A stretch of DNA of 64,000 bases from Acidimicrobiales bacterium (GCA_037968895.1 JBBKWJ010000286.1:9260-73259); one strand, 5' to 3'; shown: positions 53,573 through 64,000, counted from the stretch's first letter. Numbers and translations are program-made. The notes: generated from the letters alone by a model not told the origin.

Positions 53573-55183
53573 GTGATGGATCAAGCAATTGCCACCCGGC
53601 GCGCGGCAGAACTCGCAGCACTCGGCGCTGAAATCTTCGACGTTGTGATTATCGGCGGCGGTATCAACGGTGCGACATCGGCGGCAGCCCTCTCGGCCAA
53701 GGGCGCTCGGGTTGCGCTCATTGAGCAAGGCGACTTCGCGTCGGCGACGAGCCAAGAATCTTCCAACCTCGTGTGGGGCGGGTTCAAGTATTTGGAGAAC
53801 TACGAGATCCCACTTGTCTTCAAGCTATGTCGCTCGCGCAACCGACTCATGAAGAGCTATCCCACATCGATGGCCGAGATCGACTTCCTGGCAACGCTCG
53901 ACAAGTCATCGCCGTTCCCAAGCTGGCTCGCCTCGCTCGGCACTTTCGGCTACTGGGGACTCGGCATGTTCGCGACCAAGCGACCCCGTTATCTGCGGCC
54001 AAAGACCATTGAGAAAACCGAACCGATCATCGACACCGACAACGCCTCGGCCGCAATCCAATACGGCGATGCGTATCTCAAAGACAACGATGCCAGGTTC
54101 GTCTGGCAGTTCGTTCGATCAGCCATCGACGACGGCGCCACCGTTTCCAACTACGTCGAGGCCACTGGTGCGCAGTGGGATCCAAACGACGGAGGACTCT
54201 GGAGCGTTGATCTGGCCGATCAGGTCAGTGGTGACAAACTCACATTGAAGGCGCGATCGGTCGTTAATGCGGCTGGCCCATTCGTCGATGCCTTCAACGC
54301 ACGAATCGACCTCGCCACGAAGAGCCGCATCGTCTATTCAAAGGGAATTCACCTCATCGTCCCTGCGCTGACCTCGGGCGACCGAATTCTTGCGTTCTTC
54401 GACGACACCCAACGCCTTTTCTACGTCATCCCGATGGCCCATCGCTCTGTTATTGGCACAACCGACACACGGACAAACGATCCGAACGAGGGCGTGACAG
54501 CACAAGACCGGGCGTTCCTGCTTGAGCAGATCAACGAACGCCTCGACCTCGAACACCCCCTCACCGAGGCCGACATCATTTCGGAGCGATGCGGAGTTCG
54601 TCCCCTCGTTGTGGACAACGACGGCGACGACCACGAAGAAATTGATTGGACGACCCTCTCACGGAAGCACGCAGTCGAGGTCGACAAGCCTCGCCGAGTG
54701 GTATCGATTTTCGGCGGCAAGCTAACCGACTGCCTCAATGTTGGCGAAGAAGTCATTGAAGAATTGACCGGGCTTGGCATCAAGCTTGAGGTCGAGTCAG
54801 ACAACTGGTTCGGTGAGCCATCGGCTGAGGAGCGTACGCGCTTCCTCGACCGGGCGAAATCGCTTGGCCTTGATCGAGCGCCAACGGTCGAGCACTCCGA
54901 GTCGATCGCTCACGTGTTGTGGCGTCGTCACGGCCTTACCGCTCACCAGGTGCTTGATCGGATCGCCGAAGACCCACAGCTCGGCGACGAGGCCCTTCGT
55001 GACAGCGACCTACTACGAGCCGAGCTGCCAATCATTGCGGCACGCGAGCGCATTGTGTATCGGGAAGACTTCTTCCGCAGACGAACCAAGTTGTCACTCA
55101 TCCACCGGATGACGGAGCTTGAGGCCGATCCTGGCTATGCGGAAACCATGGCGGCCCTTGGCCTCCAAACCACCCCCGCGTAA
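53573..55183 (+). CDS. glpD: FAD-dependent glycerol-3-phosphate dehydrogenase
   Basis: 536-aa ORF with an N-terminal FAD fold (DVVIIGGGINGATSA) and a GlpD-type C-terminal domain. Confidence 0.88.
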   Translation: MMDQAIATRRAAELAALGAEIFDVVIIGGGINGATSAAALSAKGARVALIEQGDFASATSQESSNLVWGGFKYLENYEIPLVFKLCRSRNRLMKSYPTSMAEIDFLATLDKSSPFPSWLASLGTFGYWGLGMFATKRPRYLRPKTIEKTEPIIDTDNASAAIQYGDAYLKDNDARFVWQFVRSAIDDGATVSNYVEATGAQWDPNDGGLWSVDLADQVSGDKLTLKARSVVNAAGPFVDAFNARIDLATKSRIVYSKGIHLIVPALTSGDRILAFFDDTQRLFYVIPMAHRSVIGTTDTRTNDPNEGVTAQDRAFLLEQINERLDLEHPLTEADIISERCGVRPLVVDNDGDDHEEIDWTTLSRKHAVEVDKPRRVVSIFGGKLTDCLNVGEEVIEELTGLGIKLEVESDNWFGEPSAEERTRFLDRAKSLGLDRAPTVEHSESIAHVLWRRHGLTAHQVLDRIAEDPQLGDEALRDSDLLRAELPIIAARERIVYREDFFRRRTKLSLIHRMTELEADPGYAETMAALGLQTTPA

Positions 55184-55199
55184 CACCGGGAACGCCCCC

Positions 55200-55230
55200 A
55201 ATAGTTCACGTACCAGGTACGTGAACTATT
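55200..55230. terminator. Perfect 15-bp inverted repeat between convergent glpD and lipoprotein genes (bidirectional terminator candidate)
   Basis: AATAGTTCACGTACC-A-GGTACGTGAACTATT, read directly from the sequence. It is AT-rich relative to its surroundings, and its 3' end touches the stop codon of the minus-strand gene at 55230. Confidence 0.6.
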
Positions 55231-55676
55231 TAGTTGTTGGCGCCGAGGAGGCTCTCGGAAAGCTGCACAAGCGCGCCGAGTGCTTCAGGCGGAAGTGCGC
55301 TGAACATGTGGTTGACCAGATCTTCTTGAGTCAAACCAATCGCCTCAAGGTCACTGAGCGGCTCGCAAGCTGACTTCAACGCCAAGTCTTCGGTCTCAAT
55401 CTGAGCCTTGATGGCGTCAATATCGGCCTGGGTCGTGTACTCGACTGTCAGCAAGTAGTCGTTGAGCGCATCGCTACAGGCCGTGAGAATATCGACCTTA
55501 TTCATGACAGCTGGTGCGTCTACCCCGCTGCCAGAGTCGTTGGCTGACGAGTCAAACGCGAGCGCTGCTGGCGTCGCACCATTGTCAACCTCGATCAGGG
55601 TTGCCTCGTCGGTCGAGCCGCCACAGGCCGATGCCAAGAGGGCCACTGCTACTGAAAACGTTAGGAGTCGTTGCAC
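55230..55676 (-). CDS. Small acidic lipoprotein, unknown function
   Basis: 148-aa ORF with signal + lipobox MQRLLTFSVAVALLASACGG. Confidence 0.6.
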   Translation of the reverse strand: MQRLLTFSVAVALLASACGGSTDEATLIEVDNGATPAALAFDSSANDSGSGVDAPAVMNKVDILTACSDALNDYLLTVEYTTQADIDAIKAQIETEDLALKSACEPLSDLEAIGLTQEDLVNHMFSALPPEALGALVQLSESLLGANN

Positions 55677-55734
55677 AGAACCTCATCGGCTCAGCGCAAC
55701 GACTCCTTGAGAAAGCAGTCAGGTTTGTTGCGTG

Positions 55735-56835
<1,101 letters not shown>

Positions 56836-57360
56836 TCAGATGTGGACGCGGCGGACGTTCTGACCAATCTTGGCCAGCGCAATCGCCCCGGTTCGCTGGA
56901 GCTCAGTGATTTCGTATTGCTCGAGCGCCGTCTCGAACTCTTCGACCAGCGAAGGATCGCTTTCAAGACTGATGGTGACCATCTCTTGTGCGTCGGCGAC
57001 AATTGTTGCGTCGTAGCGCGAGACGAGTTCGATGAGATCGTCTCGATCGTCTTCGGCTATCTCAACCGTGGCGAGGAGAAGCTCGCGAGCGATCGCCTTG
57101 TCGGCCGGAAGCTCGATTATTTCGATTACGTTGATCAGCTTAAATAGCTGTTTGACGATCTGCTCAAGCGGCGCCGACTCAGCGTTGACCACAATCGTGA
57201 TGCGACTGAAGTTCTCGTTCTGGATTGGGGCTACGGCGAGCGACACGATGTTGTAACCACGTCGAGCGAACAGGTCGGCGACCCTCGCGAGAACACCGGC
57301 TTTGTTCTCGACCTTCACGGTCAACGTGTGGTGCGCAAGATCTTCAGGTCGTCGATTCAT
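56836..57360 (-). CDS. ilvN: Acetolactate synthase small (regulatory) subunit
   Basis: 174-aa ORF with an N-terminal ACT domain (HTLTVKVENKAGVLARVADLFARRGYNI). 4-nt overlap with ilvB. Confidence 0.93.
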   Translation of the reverse strand: MNRRPEDLAHHTLTVKVENKAGVLARVADLFARRGYNIVSLAVAPIQNENFSRITIVVNAESAPLEQIVKQLFKLINVIEIIELPADKAIARELLLATVEIAEDDRDDLIELVSRYDATIVADAQEMVTISLESDPSLVEEFETALEQYEITELQRTGAIALAKIGQNVRRVHI

Positions 57361-59150
57361 TTGGCTGCTCCACGTTCTTTGTCGAGCATCGGTTGCTGCG
57401 ATGGGGCGACCAGCACATCATCATTCGATCCACCGGCGGTGACCATTGGGAACACGTTCTCATTTTCGACGCAACGGAAGTCGATTACGACAGGCCGGTC
57501 GTTGATCGCATTGGCCTTCTCGATAATGGCATCGACCTCGGAAACTTCTTCAACTCGGAAGGCGACACAACCCATAGCCTCAGCCCATTTCACATAGTCG
57601 GGCATGTCGTGGCTGAGATATACCTCGGAATACCGATCGTCGTAGAACATCTCTTGCCACTGGCGAACCATGCCGAGGTACGCGTTGTTGAGCAAGGCAA
57701 CTTTGATCGGGATCTTACTGACCGTGGCGGTCACGAGTTCTTGGGCCGTCATCTGAAAGCAGCCATCGCCGTCGATGGCCCAGACGGTCCGGTCTGGCAT
57801 GCCAGCCTTGGCCCCGATAGCCGCAGGGATGGAGAAACCCATAGTTCCCAAGCCACCGGAGTTGACCCAGGTATAGGGCGTGTCGAACCGCCAGTATTGG
57901 CTCGTGAACATCTGATGCTGGCCAACGCCTGACGCGACGATGGTGTCTCTTGGCGAGAGGTCTCGCAACCGTTCAAGCACATACTGGGGCTTAAGGAGCT
58001 CGCCATCGACCGACTGCTCGTACGTGACCGGATAATTCTCTTGCCAACCCGAGAGGGTCTGGCGCCACGGCGTGTGATCAGCCAATGCCTCGGGTGCCCC
58101 GTTTGCTTTCAACTGGGCGACCATCATTTCCATCGAGATGCGGCAGTCACCGACGACAGACGACTCTGGCCGCCTGACCTTGCCGTGTTCGGCCGGGTCG
58201 ATATCGACGTGAATCACCTTGGCGTCAGGAGCGAACGCTCCGACCTTGCCAGTGACCCGATCATCGAAGCGGGCACCCATGGCGATGAGGAGATCGGAGC
58301 GCTGGATGGCGGTGATTGCGGTGTAGTTGCCATGCATTCCTGGCATGCCAAGGCACAGCTCGTGGGAGTCGGGGAATGCCCCTCTCGCCATGAGCGTCGT
58401 GACAACTGGAATGTTTGTCAGCTCGGCCAGTTCGATGAGGATCTCTGCGCCACGAGCCTTCAGAACACCACCGCCGACGTACAAGACGGGACGCTCTGCC
58501 GTCATCATCAACGCAACCGCATCGGCGATTGAAGTCTCAGACGGTGTCATCTCTGGCTTGTAGCCGGGAAGGTCGACTGACTCAGGCCAATACCAGTCGA
58601 AGTAGGCGTCGGGGTTGCCCGCATCGACGATGTTCTTCGGCACGTCGATAAGCACAGGACCAGGGCGGCCGGTTGTGGCGAGGTGGAACGCTTCACGAAC
58701 CACGCGAGGGATGTCTTCAGCCCTAGTGACGAGGAAATTGTGTTTGGTGATCGAACGCGTGATGCCGGTGGTGTCGACCTCTTGAAATGCGTCAGTGCCG
58801 ATGGCGGCAAGACCAACCTGCCCAGTGATGCAGACCATCGGAACTGAGTCGAGGTAGGCATCGGCGAGTGGTGTAACCACGTTTGTGGCCGCAGGACCCG
58901 AGGTCACCATGCAAACGCCGGGCAGCCCAGTGGCATGGGCATAGCCCTCAGCCATATGGCCTGCGCCCTGCTCGTGACGAGCGAGCACATGCTTGATCGG
59001 CGACTCAAGAATCGGGTCGTAGACAGGAAGAATCGCGCCACCGGGGTAGCCAAAGACGACCTCTACACCTTCCATCTCCAAGCTCTTGATCAACGCCTGA
59101 GCGCCGTTGATTCGCAATGGAGAATTGTCGTCTGGCTTCTGGGATCCCAT
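57357..59150 (-). CDS. ilvB: Acetolactate synthase large subunit
   Basis: 597-aa ThDP enzyme with GGLGTMGFSIPAAIGAK...DGDGCFQM. GGAG lies 8 nt upstream of ATG 59150. Confidence 0.95.
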   Translation of the reverse strand: MGSQKPDDNSPLRINGAQALIKSLEMEGVEVVFGYPGGAILPVYDPILESPIKHVLARHEQGAGHMAEGYAHATGLPGVCMVTSGPAATNVVTPLADAYLDSVPMVCITGQVGLAAIGTDAFQEVDTTGITRSITKHNFLVTRAEDIPRVVREAFHLATTGRPGPVLIDVPKNIVDAGNPDAYFDWYWPESVDLPGYKPEMTPSETSIADAVALMMTAERPVLYVGGGVLKARGAEILIELAELTNIPVVTTLMARGAFPDSHELCLGMPGMHGNYTAITAIQRSDLLIAMGARFDDRVTGKVGAFAPDAKVIHVDIDPAEHGKVRRPESSVVGDCRISMEMMVAQLKANGAPEALADHTPWRQTLSGWQENYPVTYEQSVDGELLKPQYVLERLRDLSPRDTIVASGVGQHQMFTSQYWRFDTPYTWVNSGGLGTMGFSIPAAIGAKAGMPDRTVWAIDGDGCFQMTAQELVTATVSKIPIKVALLNNAYLGMVRQWQEMFYDDRYSEVYLSHDMPDYVKWAEAMGCVAFRVEEVSEVDAIIEKANAINDRPVVIDFRCVENENVFPMVTAGGSNDDVLVAPSQQPMLDKERGAAK

Positions 59151-59194
59151 GAAATGGCTCCGTTGTCGTATTGTTAACTGTTTGATTCTGGTGG

Positions 59195-59258
59195 GAAAAT
59201 TGGAAAAGCCTCCCCCGAAGGGAAGGCTTTGCGCACGCTTCTATGTCGTAGCGTGCGC
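59195..59258 (-). promoter_or_regulatory. ilvB attenuator RNA structures (upstream hairpin + terminator hairpin with U-tract)
   Basis: The minus strand carries hairpin 1, GCGCACGCT-(10 nt)-AGCGTGCGC (59258-59231). It is followed at once by AAAGCCTTCCC-TTCG-GGGGAGGCTTT (59230-59205) and then TCCAATTTTCCC. Confidence 0.75.
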
Positions 59259-59302
59259 TACGGGAGTACTACTACGAGTTGGAAGGTGTGTGCTCGTCTC
59301 AT
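59258..59302 (-). CDS. ilvB leader peptide MRRAHTFQLVVVLP (14 aa)
   Basis: Hand translation from ATG 59302 to TAG 59258. It contains a run of Leu-Val-Val-Val-Leu codons, and its stop codon abuts hairpin 1. Confidence 0.7.
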   Translation of the reverse strand: MRRAHTFQLVVVLP

Positions 59303-59386
59303 TGCAGTACAGACTAACCAGACGCACCCCGTCCATCAACACGAGACCTAGAATCTCCTCAATCGATCTCACGAGGGTGACGAAAC

Positions 59387-60103
59387 ATGACCGACTTCAC
59401 AGCGCTACGAGTCTTAAGTTTCGACTGCTATGGCACGTTGATCGACTGGGAAAGCGGTATCGCTGCAGCGCTCCGACCTTGGGCCGGCCGCAACCACATT
59501 GCCTTAAACGACGAAGAGCTCATCAACTTCTTTGGCGCCTTTGAGACGAAGGTGCAGAACGAGAGGCCCTTTCGCCTGTATCCCGAGGTTCTCGCCGAGA
59601 CGATGCGACGTATCGCGCACGAGTTGGAGCGGCCGGTGACCAACGTCGAGCTGTATGCATTTGCGCGGTCGGTCGGCTCGTGGCTTCCGTTTGACGACAC
59701 GGTCGCGAGCCTCCATACGCTCGCCAAACACTTCGAGCTCATCGTCGTGTCGAACGTCGACAACATCTCATTCCGCCAGAGCAACGACCATCTCGATGTC
59801 GAGTTTGACTCGATCATCACGGCTGAAGACGTTGGCTCGTACAAGCCGGCGAAGCGGCATTTTGCGGCGCTGGGTGATGCGCTCGCCGCCAAGGGCTACA
59901 GCCCCAGCGAACACCTCCACGTCGCCCAAAGTCTCTATCACGACCACGTGCCAGCGAAGGAACACGGTTTCACCACCTGCTGGATTGATCGTCGCCAAGA
60001 CCGTCTCGGCTATGGGGCGACACCGAAGGCGGCTGACGTTGAGCCCGACTTCAGGTTTGGCAACCTGATTGACTTCCTCGCTGCTGTGGTCCCCGCTACC
60101 TAA
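59387..60103 (+). CDS. HAD-superfamily hydrolase, haloacid dehalogenase type II-like
   Basis: 238-aa ORF with motif [11 protein letters not shown], motif II VSN and motif III K...D. Confidence 0.83.
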   Translation: MTDFTALRVLSFDCYGTLIDWESGIAAALRPWAGRNHIALNDEELINFFGAFETKVQNERPFRLYPEVLAETMRRIAHELERPVTNVELYAFARSVGSWLPFDDTVASLHTLAKHFELIVVSNVDNISFRQSNDHLDVEFDSIITAEDVGSYKPAKRHFAALGDALAAKGYSPSEHLHVAQSLYHDHVPAKEHGFTTCWIDRRQDRLGYGATPKAADVEPDFRFGNLIDFLAAVVPAT

Positions 60104-60147
60104 TTTCTGCCACACTGCAGCAATACCGCCGAAAGAAGAGGGGCAAC

Positions 60148-61233
60148 ATGCCACAAGAAGTACGGGGCGTCATCGCCCGAGCCAAGGGCGAGCCGGTCAC
60201 GGTCGAAACCATCATCATTCCCGACGTCGGACCAGGCGAGGCTGTCGTCGCTATCCAGGCCTGCGGCGTGTGCCACACCGATCTGCATTACCGCGAGGGT
60301 GGCATCAACGATGAGTTCCCTTTCCTCCTCGGCCACGAAGCAGCTGGCATTGTCGAATCCGTTGGCGACGACGTCACTACCGTCGCCCCTGGCGACTTCG
60401 TGATCCTCAACTGGCGGGCGGTTTGCGGCAACTGCCGCTCGTGTCTGAAGGGCAAGCCTCAATACTGCTTCGCCACACACAACGCCACGCAGAAGATGAC
60501 CCTCGCCGACGGTACTGAGCTCAGCCCCGCCCTCGGAATTGGTGCATTCTGCGACAAAACCCTCGTCGCTGCTGGTCAATGCACCAAAGTCGATCCAGCA
60601 GCGAAGCCGGAGGTCGCTGGCCTGCTCGGCTGCGGCGTCATGGCCGGCATCGGGGCCGCCATCAACACCGGCCAGGTCGGCCGCGGCGACTCCGTCGCTG
60701 TCTTTGGTTGCGGTGGGGTCGGAAACGCAGCGCTCGAGGGTTCGCGCATCGCAGGCGCTACCACAATCATCGCGGTCGACATTGACGACAGGAAGCTCGA
60801 ACTCGCCAAGCAATTTGGGGCAACGCACACCATCAACTCGACAAAGGTAGATGCGGTCGAGAAGATCCGCGAACTCACGGGCGGCAACGGTGTCGATGTC
60901 GCGATCGAGGCGATTGGCCTTCCGCAGACCTACGAGCAAGCGTTTTACGCTCGTGACCTCGCGGGCACGGTCGTGCTTGTTGGGGTGCCAAACCCAACAA
61001 TGACGATCGAACTTCCTTTCATCGAGATCTTCGGCCGAGGCGGCACATTGAAGTCGAGTTGGTACGGCGACTGTCTCCCTGACCGTGACTTCCCAATGCT
61101 CATCAGCCTGTATCTCCAGGGTCGGCTCAATCTCGAAGGCTTCGTGTCGGAGACCATCGCACTCGATGAGGTCGAGGAGGCATTCCACAAGATGGAGCGC
61201 GGCGAGGTTTTGCGCTCAGTCGTCACAATCTAA
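60148..61233 (+). CDS. mscR: Class III Zn alcohol dehydrogenase: S-(hydroxymethyl)mycothiol / S-nitrosomycothiol dehydrogenase-like
   Basis: 361-aa ORF that is near-collinear with my memory of mycobacterial MscR ([76 protein letters not shown]). Confidence 0.88.
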   Translation: MPQEVRGVIARAKGEPVTVETIIIPDVGPGEAVVAIQACGVCHTDLHYREGGINDEFPFLLGHEAAGIVESVGDDVTTVAPGDFVILNWRAVCGNCRSCLKGKPQYCFATHNATQKMTLADGTELSPALGIGAFCDKTLVAAGQCTKVDPAAKPEVAGLLGCGVMAGIGAAINTGQVGRGDSVAVFGCGGVGNAALEGSRIAGATTIIAVDIDDRKLELAKQFGATHTINSTKVDAVEKIRELTGGNGVDVAIEAIGLPQTYEQAFYARDLAGTVVLVGVPNPTMTIELPFIEIFGRGGTLKSSWYGDCLPDRDFPMLISLYLQGRLNLEGFVSETIALDEVEEAFHKMERGEVLRSVVTI

Positions 61234-61294
61234 GTCGTTGAAGTCCTTCGAGCTGACGCTAACAATCTCTCTTAATAGGCCGATTGGACTATGT

Positions 61295-61912
61295 ATGGCT
61301 TCGGAATCAGCAACGACGTTCGGCAAAAATCCTAAGAAGGCAATGGGTAGCATCACGAAGGCAGCCGATGCCGTGATAGACCATCTGGCCTCACCAGCAG
61401 GCGGATTCGACACGCTCGCACACATGAGCGACCCTAACCAGATTGAGGCAATCGATCTTGTTCGCGTCTCCCTTCTCGGCAAGGCCGTCGATCCGTGGTC
61501 GTGCCTCTGGCTTATGAGCGACGACGGTCGTTGGCTGACCGCAGAGACACTTTCCGGCGTCCCGACTGATGTCAGACTTGGCGCGCCTCATGTCAACGCA
61601 GCATTCCGTTGCGTTGACCTGCTCGCCCTCCTTCGAGATGGCGCCGGTCTAGGCCAGGCGCAAGCAACAAGGCTCATCGCCGCGAAACGACCAAAGCTCG
61701 GCGCGATCGACGACAAGACAATTCGGCACGCGCTGGATACACCCAAAGACAATAACTGTTGGCGTCGTTGGAAGTCTGCGCTCGACGATGACCTTCTGAC
61801 CAAGGTGGAAGCAGTGCGATCGCTTGCAGCCACGACAGACCCCTTCGCCACCGAGCTCTCGTCGCTCCGCATCCTCGACATCGCGATTCGGGCGAAGGCC
61901 AACAGGGGCTAG
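61295..61912 (+). CDS. Hypothetical protein inserted between mscR and the MBL-fold hydrolase
   Basis: 205 aa from ATG 61295; the upstream part of track ORF 61085-61912 overlaps mscR. No TM helix or catalytic motif recognised. The segment ATRLIAAKRPKLGAIDD vaguely recalls an actinobacterial DUF family. Confidence 0.55.
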   Translation: MASESATTFGKNPKKAMGSITKAADAVIDHLASPAGGFDTLAHMSDPNQIEAIDLVRVSLLGKAVDPWSCLWLMSDDGRWLTAETLSGVPTDVRLGAPHVNAAFRCVDLLALLRDGAGLGQAQATRLIAAKRPKLGAIDDKTIRHALDTPKDNNCWRRWKSALDDDLLTKVEAVRSLAATTDPFATELSSLRILDIAIRAKANRG

Positions 61913-61930
61913 TTCTGCCATACTGCGTGA

Positions 61931-62554
61931 ATGATTAGTCTCGATCGCGTTATTACGTCCGGAATCTTCTCGCTCGACGGCGGCGACTACGAAGTCGACA
62001 ATAACGTGTGGATTCTGGGCGACGAATCAGAGGCGATCGTCATCGACGCGGCCCACGATCACAAAGCAATTCTTGAAGGCCTCGGCGGCCGCTCGCTCAA
62101 GGCAATCGTCTGCACCCATGGCCATAACGACCACATCAACGCGGCCGCTGAGCTTGCTGACGAAACAGGTGCACCGATTCTGCTTCACCCAGACGACGCG
62201 ATGCTATGGGAGGTTGTCTACCCCGACCGCCGTATCGACGACGCTCTCGCCGACGAGGCAACGCTGAGCGTCGGCGGCGACGACATCACCGTCCTTCACA
62301 CTCCGGGCCACTCCCCCGGCGGCTGCTGCCTCTACGTGCCGACCGAGGGCCTTCTCTTCTCCGGGGACACCCTGTTTCACGGAGGACCTGGAGCCACCGG
62401 ACGATCCTTCTCGAGCTACGACGTGATCCTCGACTCGATCGAGCATCGGCTCTTCAGCCTCCCTGGCGAAACGGTGGTGCATACCGGTCACGGCGACTCG
62501 ACCCAGATCGCAGCCGAGGCCGCCAACCTCGCCGAATGGCGAGCAAAGCAGTAG
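61931..62554 (+). CDS. MBL-fold metallo-hydrolase (glyoxalase II-like thioesterase)
   Basis: 207-aa ORF with the metal motif THGHNDH, plus HTPGHSPG and later His/Asp ligands. Confidence 0.85.
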   Translation: MISLDRVITSGIFSLDGGDYEVDNNVWILGDESEAIVIDAAHDHKAILEGLGGRSLKAIVCTHGHNDHINAAAELADETGAPILLHPDDAMLWEVVYPDRRIDDALADEATLSVGGDDITVLHTPGHSPGGCCLYVPTEGLLFSGDTLFHGGPGATGRSFSSYDVILDSIEHRLFSLPGETVVHTGHGDSTQIAAEAANLAEWRAKQ

Positions 62555-62604
62555 CTCGCCTCTCAAATCAGTAGTGAGGCCGCTGCTCCGGTAACGTCGC
62601 GGCC

Positions 62605-63897
62605 ATGGTGGAACCAGACTTTCTCCGATTCGACACCCTGAGCTTGCATGCGGGACAGCGTCCCGACCCAACCACGGGTGCTCGAGCCGTGCCGATCTAC
62701 TTCACGACGTCATACTCGTTCCCGGACACCGATGAGGCGGCGGCACTCTTCAACCTTGAGTCTCCCGGCCATCTCTACAGCCGCATCTCCAACCCGACCG
62801 TCGCTGTGCTCGAAGAGCGAATCGCGGCGCTCGAAGGCGGCGTTGGTGCGGTCTGTACTGCCAGCGGCACCGCGGCCCTACACCTGGCCGTGACCACGCT
62901 GATGAGTGCAGGCGACCACATCGTGGCATCGAAGAATCTCTACGGCGGCTCTTACAACATGATGGCGCTCACTCTCCCCCGGTTCGGCATCACCACCACC
63001 TTTGTCGACCCTCGCGATCCGCAGGCCTTCGCCGCTGCCATTCAGCCGAACACGAAGATGCTCTACGGCGAGACGCTCGGCAACCCCGGCATCGAGGTGC
63101 TTGACATCAGGGCCGTTGCCGACGTTGCTCACGCCAACGGTCTTCCGCTCGTCGTCGACTCGACGTTCTCGACCCCGTACCTCATGAAGCCAATCGAGCA
63201 CGGCGCCGATGTTGTCATCCATTCGGTCACCAAGTTCCTCGGCGGTCACGGCGTAGCCCTCGGCGGTGCTGTTGTCGACGGTGGTCGTTTTGACTGGGCG
63301 GCGTCCGGCAAGTTCCCGACACTGAGCGAGCCGTACGCTGGCTACCACGGCATCGTGTTCACCGAAGAGTTCGGCCCCGCCGCGCTTGGGATGCGGGCCA
63401 GGGCCGAGGGCCTCCGCGACTTCGGTGCGTGTATGAGCCCGGCCAACGCATTTCAACTCTTGCAGGGAGTCGAGACGCTCAGCCTTCGCATGGACAGGCA
63501 TGTCTCAAACACTGACGCTGTCCTCGAGATGCTTCAGGCCCACGATGCGGTGTCCTGGGTCAAGCACCCTCGCGTTCCCGGCCACCCCGACTACGAGCTC
63601 GCCAAGCGGCTCTACCCGAAGGGCGCGGGTTCAATTCTTTCGTTCGGCGTAAAGGGCGGGCGCGCCGCTGGCCGCAAGTTCATCGAGTCGGTCCAACTCG
63701 CCTCGCACCTCGCCAATGTCGGCGACGCCAAGACTCTCGTCATTCATCCCGGGTCCACCACGCATGGTCAGATGACTGCCGCCGAACTCGAAGTAGCAGG
63801 GATTAGCGAAGACCTGGTCCGGTTGTCCGTTGGCCTCGAAGATCCGGCCGACATCTGCGAAGATCTCTCCCGGGCCCTGAAGGCGAGCCAGCGATGA
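62605..63897 (+). CDS. O-acetylhomoserine/O-acetylserine sulfhydrylase (second paralogue)
   Basis: 430-aa ORF collinear with the metY product at 49688-51004. Roughly half of the positions are identical by eye, including [11 protein letters not shown]. Confidence 0.9.
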   Translation: MVEPDFLRFDTLSLHAGQRPDPTTGARAVPIYFTTSYSFPDTDEAAALFNLESPGHLYSRISNPTVAVLEERIAALEGGVGAVCTASGTAALHLAVTTLMSAGDHIVASKNLYGGSYNMMALTLPRFGITTTFVDPRDPQAFAAAIQPNTKMLYGETLGNPGIEVLDIRAVADVAHANGLPLVVDSTFSTPYLMKPIEHGADVVIHSVTKFLGGHGVALGGAVVDGGRFDWAASGKFPTLSEPYAGYHGIVFTEEFGPAALGMRARAEGLRDFGACMSPANAFQLLQGVETLSLRMDRHVSNTDAVLEMLQAHDAVSWVKHPRVPGHPDYELAKRLYPKGAGSILSFGVKGGRAAGRKFIESVQLASHLANVGDAKTLVIHPGSTTHGQMTAAELEVAGISEDLVRLSVGLEDPADICEDLSRALKASQR

Positions 63898-64000
63898 TTA
63901 CCACAGTCGACGGTCTCACCGCCCACGCCGCAACCGGCGGAGTCGAACTCACGGGTGACGATCCTGTCGTCCTCCTCGTCCACGGTGCCGGGATGGACTC
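63894..64000 (+). CDS. Alpha/beta hydrolase, 5' fragment (runs off the window)
   Basis: ATGA overlap at 63894-63897. The translation MITTVDGLTAHAATGGVELTGDDPVVLLVHGAGMD ends in the oxyanion-loop-like LVHG. Confidence 0.55.
   Translation, partial: MITTVDGLTAHAATGGVELTGDDPVVLLVHGAGMD

Noticed and set aside
57225-57932. 235-aa plus ORF.
   Set aside because: Antisense shadow of ilvN/ilvB.
60100-61188. 362-aa minus-strand ORF, one of the longest in the track.
   Set aside because: It is an exact antisense shadow of the MscR-like dehydrogenase, whose identity is unambiguous. The translation has no recognisable motif.
62878-63501. 207-aa minus ORF.
   Set aside because: Antisense shadow of the second sulfhydrylase gene.

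Overview
GC-rich, gene-dense bacterial chromosome segment with actinobacterial hallmarks: ilvBNC, serA, leuB/ilvE/cimA, greA, IclR + leuCD, gltX with tRNA-Gln/tRNA-Glu, a mycothiol-type class III formaldehyde dehydrogenase, DUF222/HNH genes, many GTG/TTG starts and 4-nt start/stop overlaps. No species can be assigned. The split cytochrome b and ba3-type oxidase hint at a deep-branching actinobacterial class, but that is inference only. I call about 68 coding regions, 2 tRNAs and 1 decayed gene. I saw no rRNA, CRISPR array or transposase. The stand-out is a ~13 kb respiratory island (about 2.6-15.8 kb) made of two divergent, translationally coupled operons. The minus operon encodes a B-family (ba3) oxidase, including a 51-aa subunit IIa ORF missing from the ORF track. 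It also encodes one polypeptide that fuses di-haem cytochrome b, 2x[4Fe-4S], an MvhD-like module, a TM helix and cytochrome c, followed by SCO-like/SCO1/PCuAC copper chaperones. The plus operon encodes a b6f-like Rieske/split-cytochrome-b complex. That operon also carries a GltD-like NAD(P)H flavo-iron-sulfur protein, two membrane-tethered cytochromes c and a signal-less reductive-dehalogenase homologue. A PAS/GAF histidine kinase and NarL-type regulator flank the island. Elsewhere there is an ilvB leader-peptide attenuator (MRRAHTFQLVVVLP), a perfect 16-bp palindrome at the IclR/leuC divergent promoter, and two DUF222 loci (one decayed) that share a 5' motif. There is also a coupled crcB pair and two clear terminator hairpins. 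Many long ORFs in the track are antisense shadows of real genes. All coordinates and motif counts were derived by hand from the printed sequence; no searches were run.
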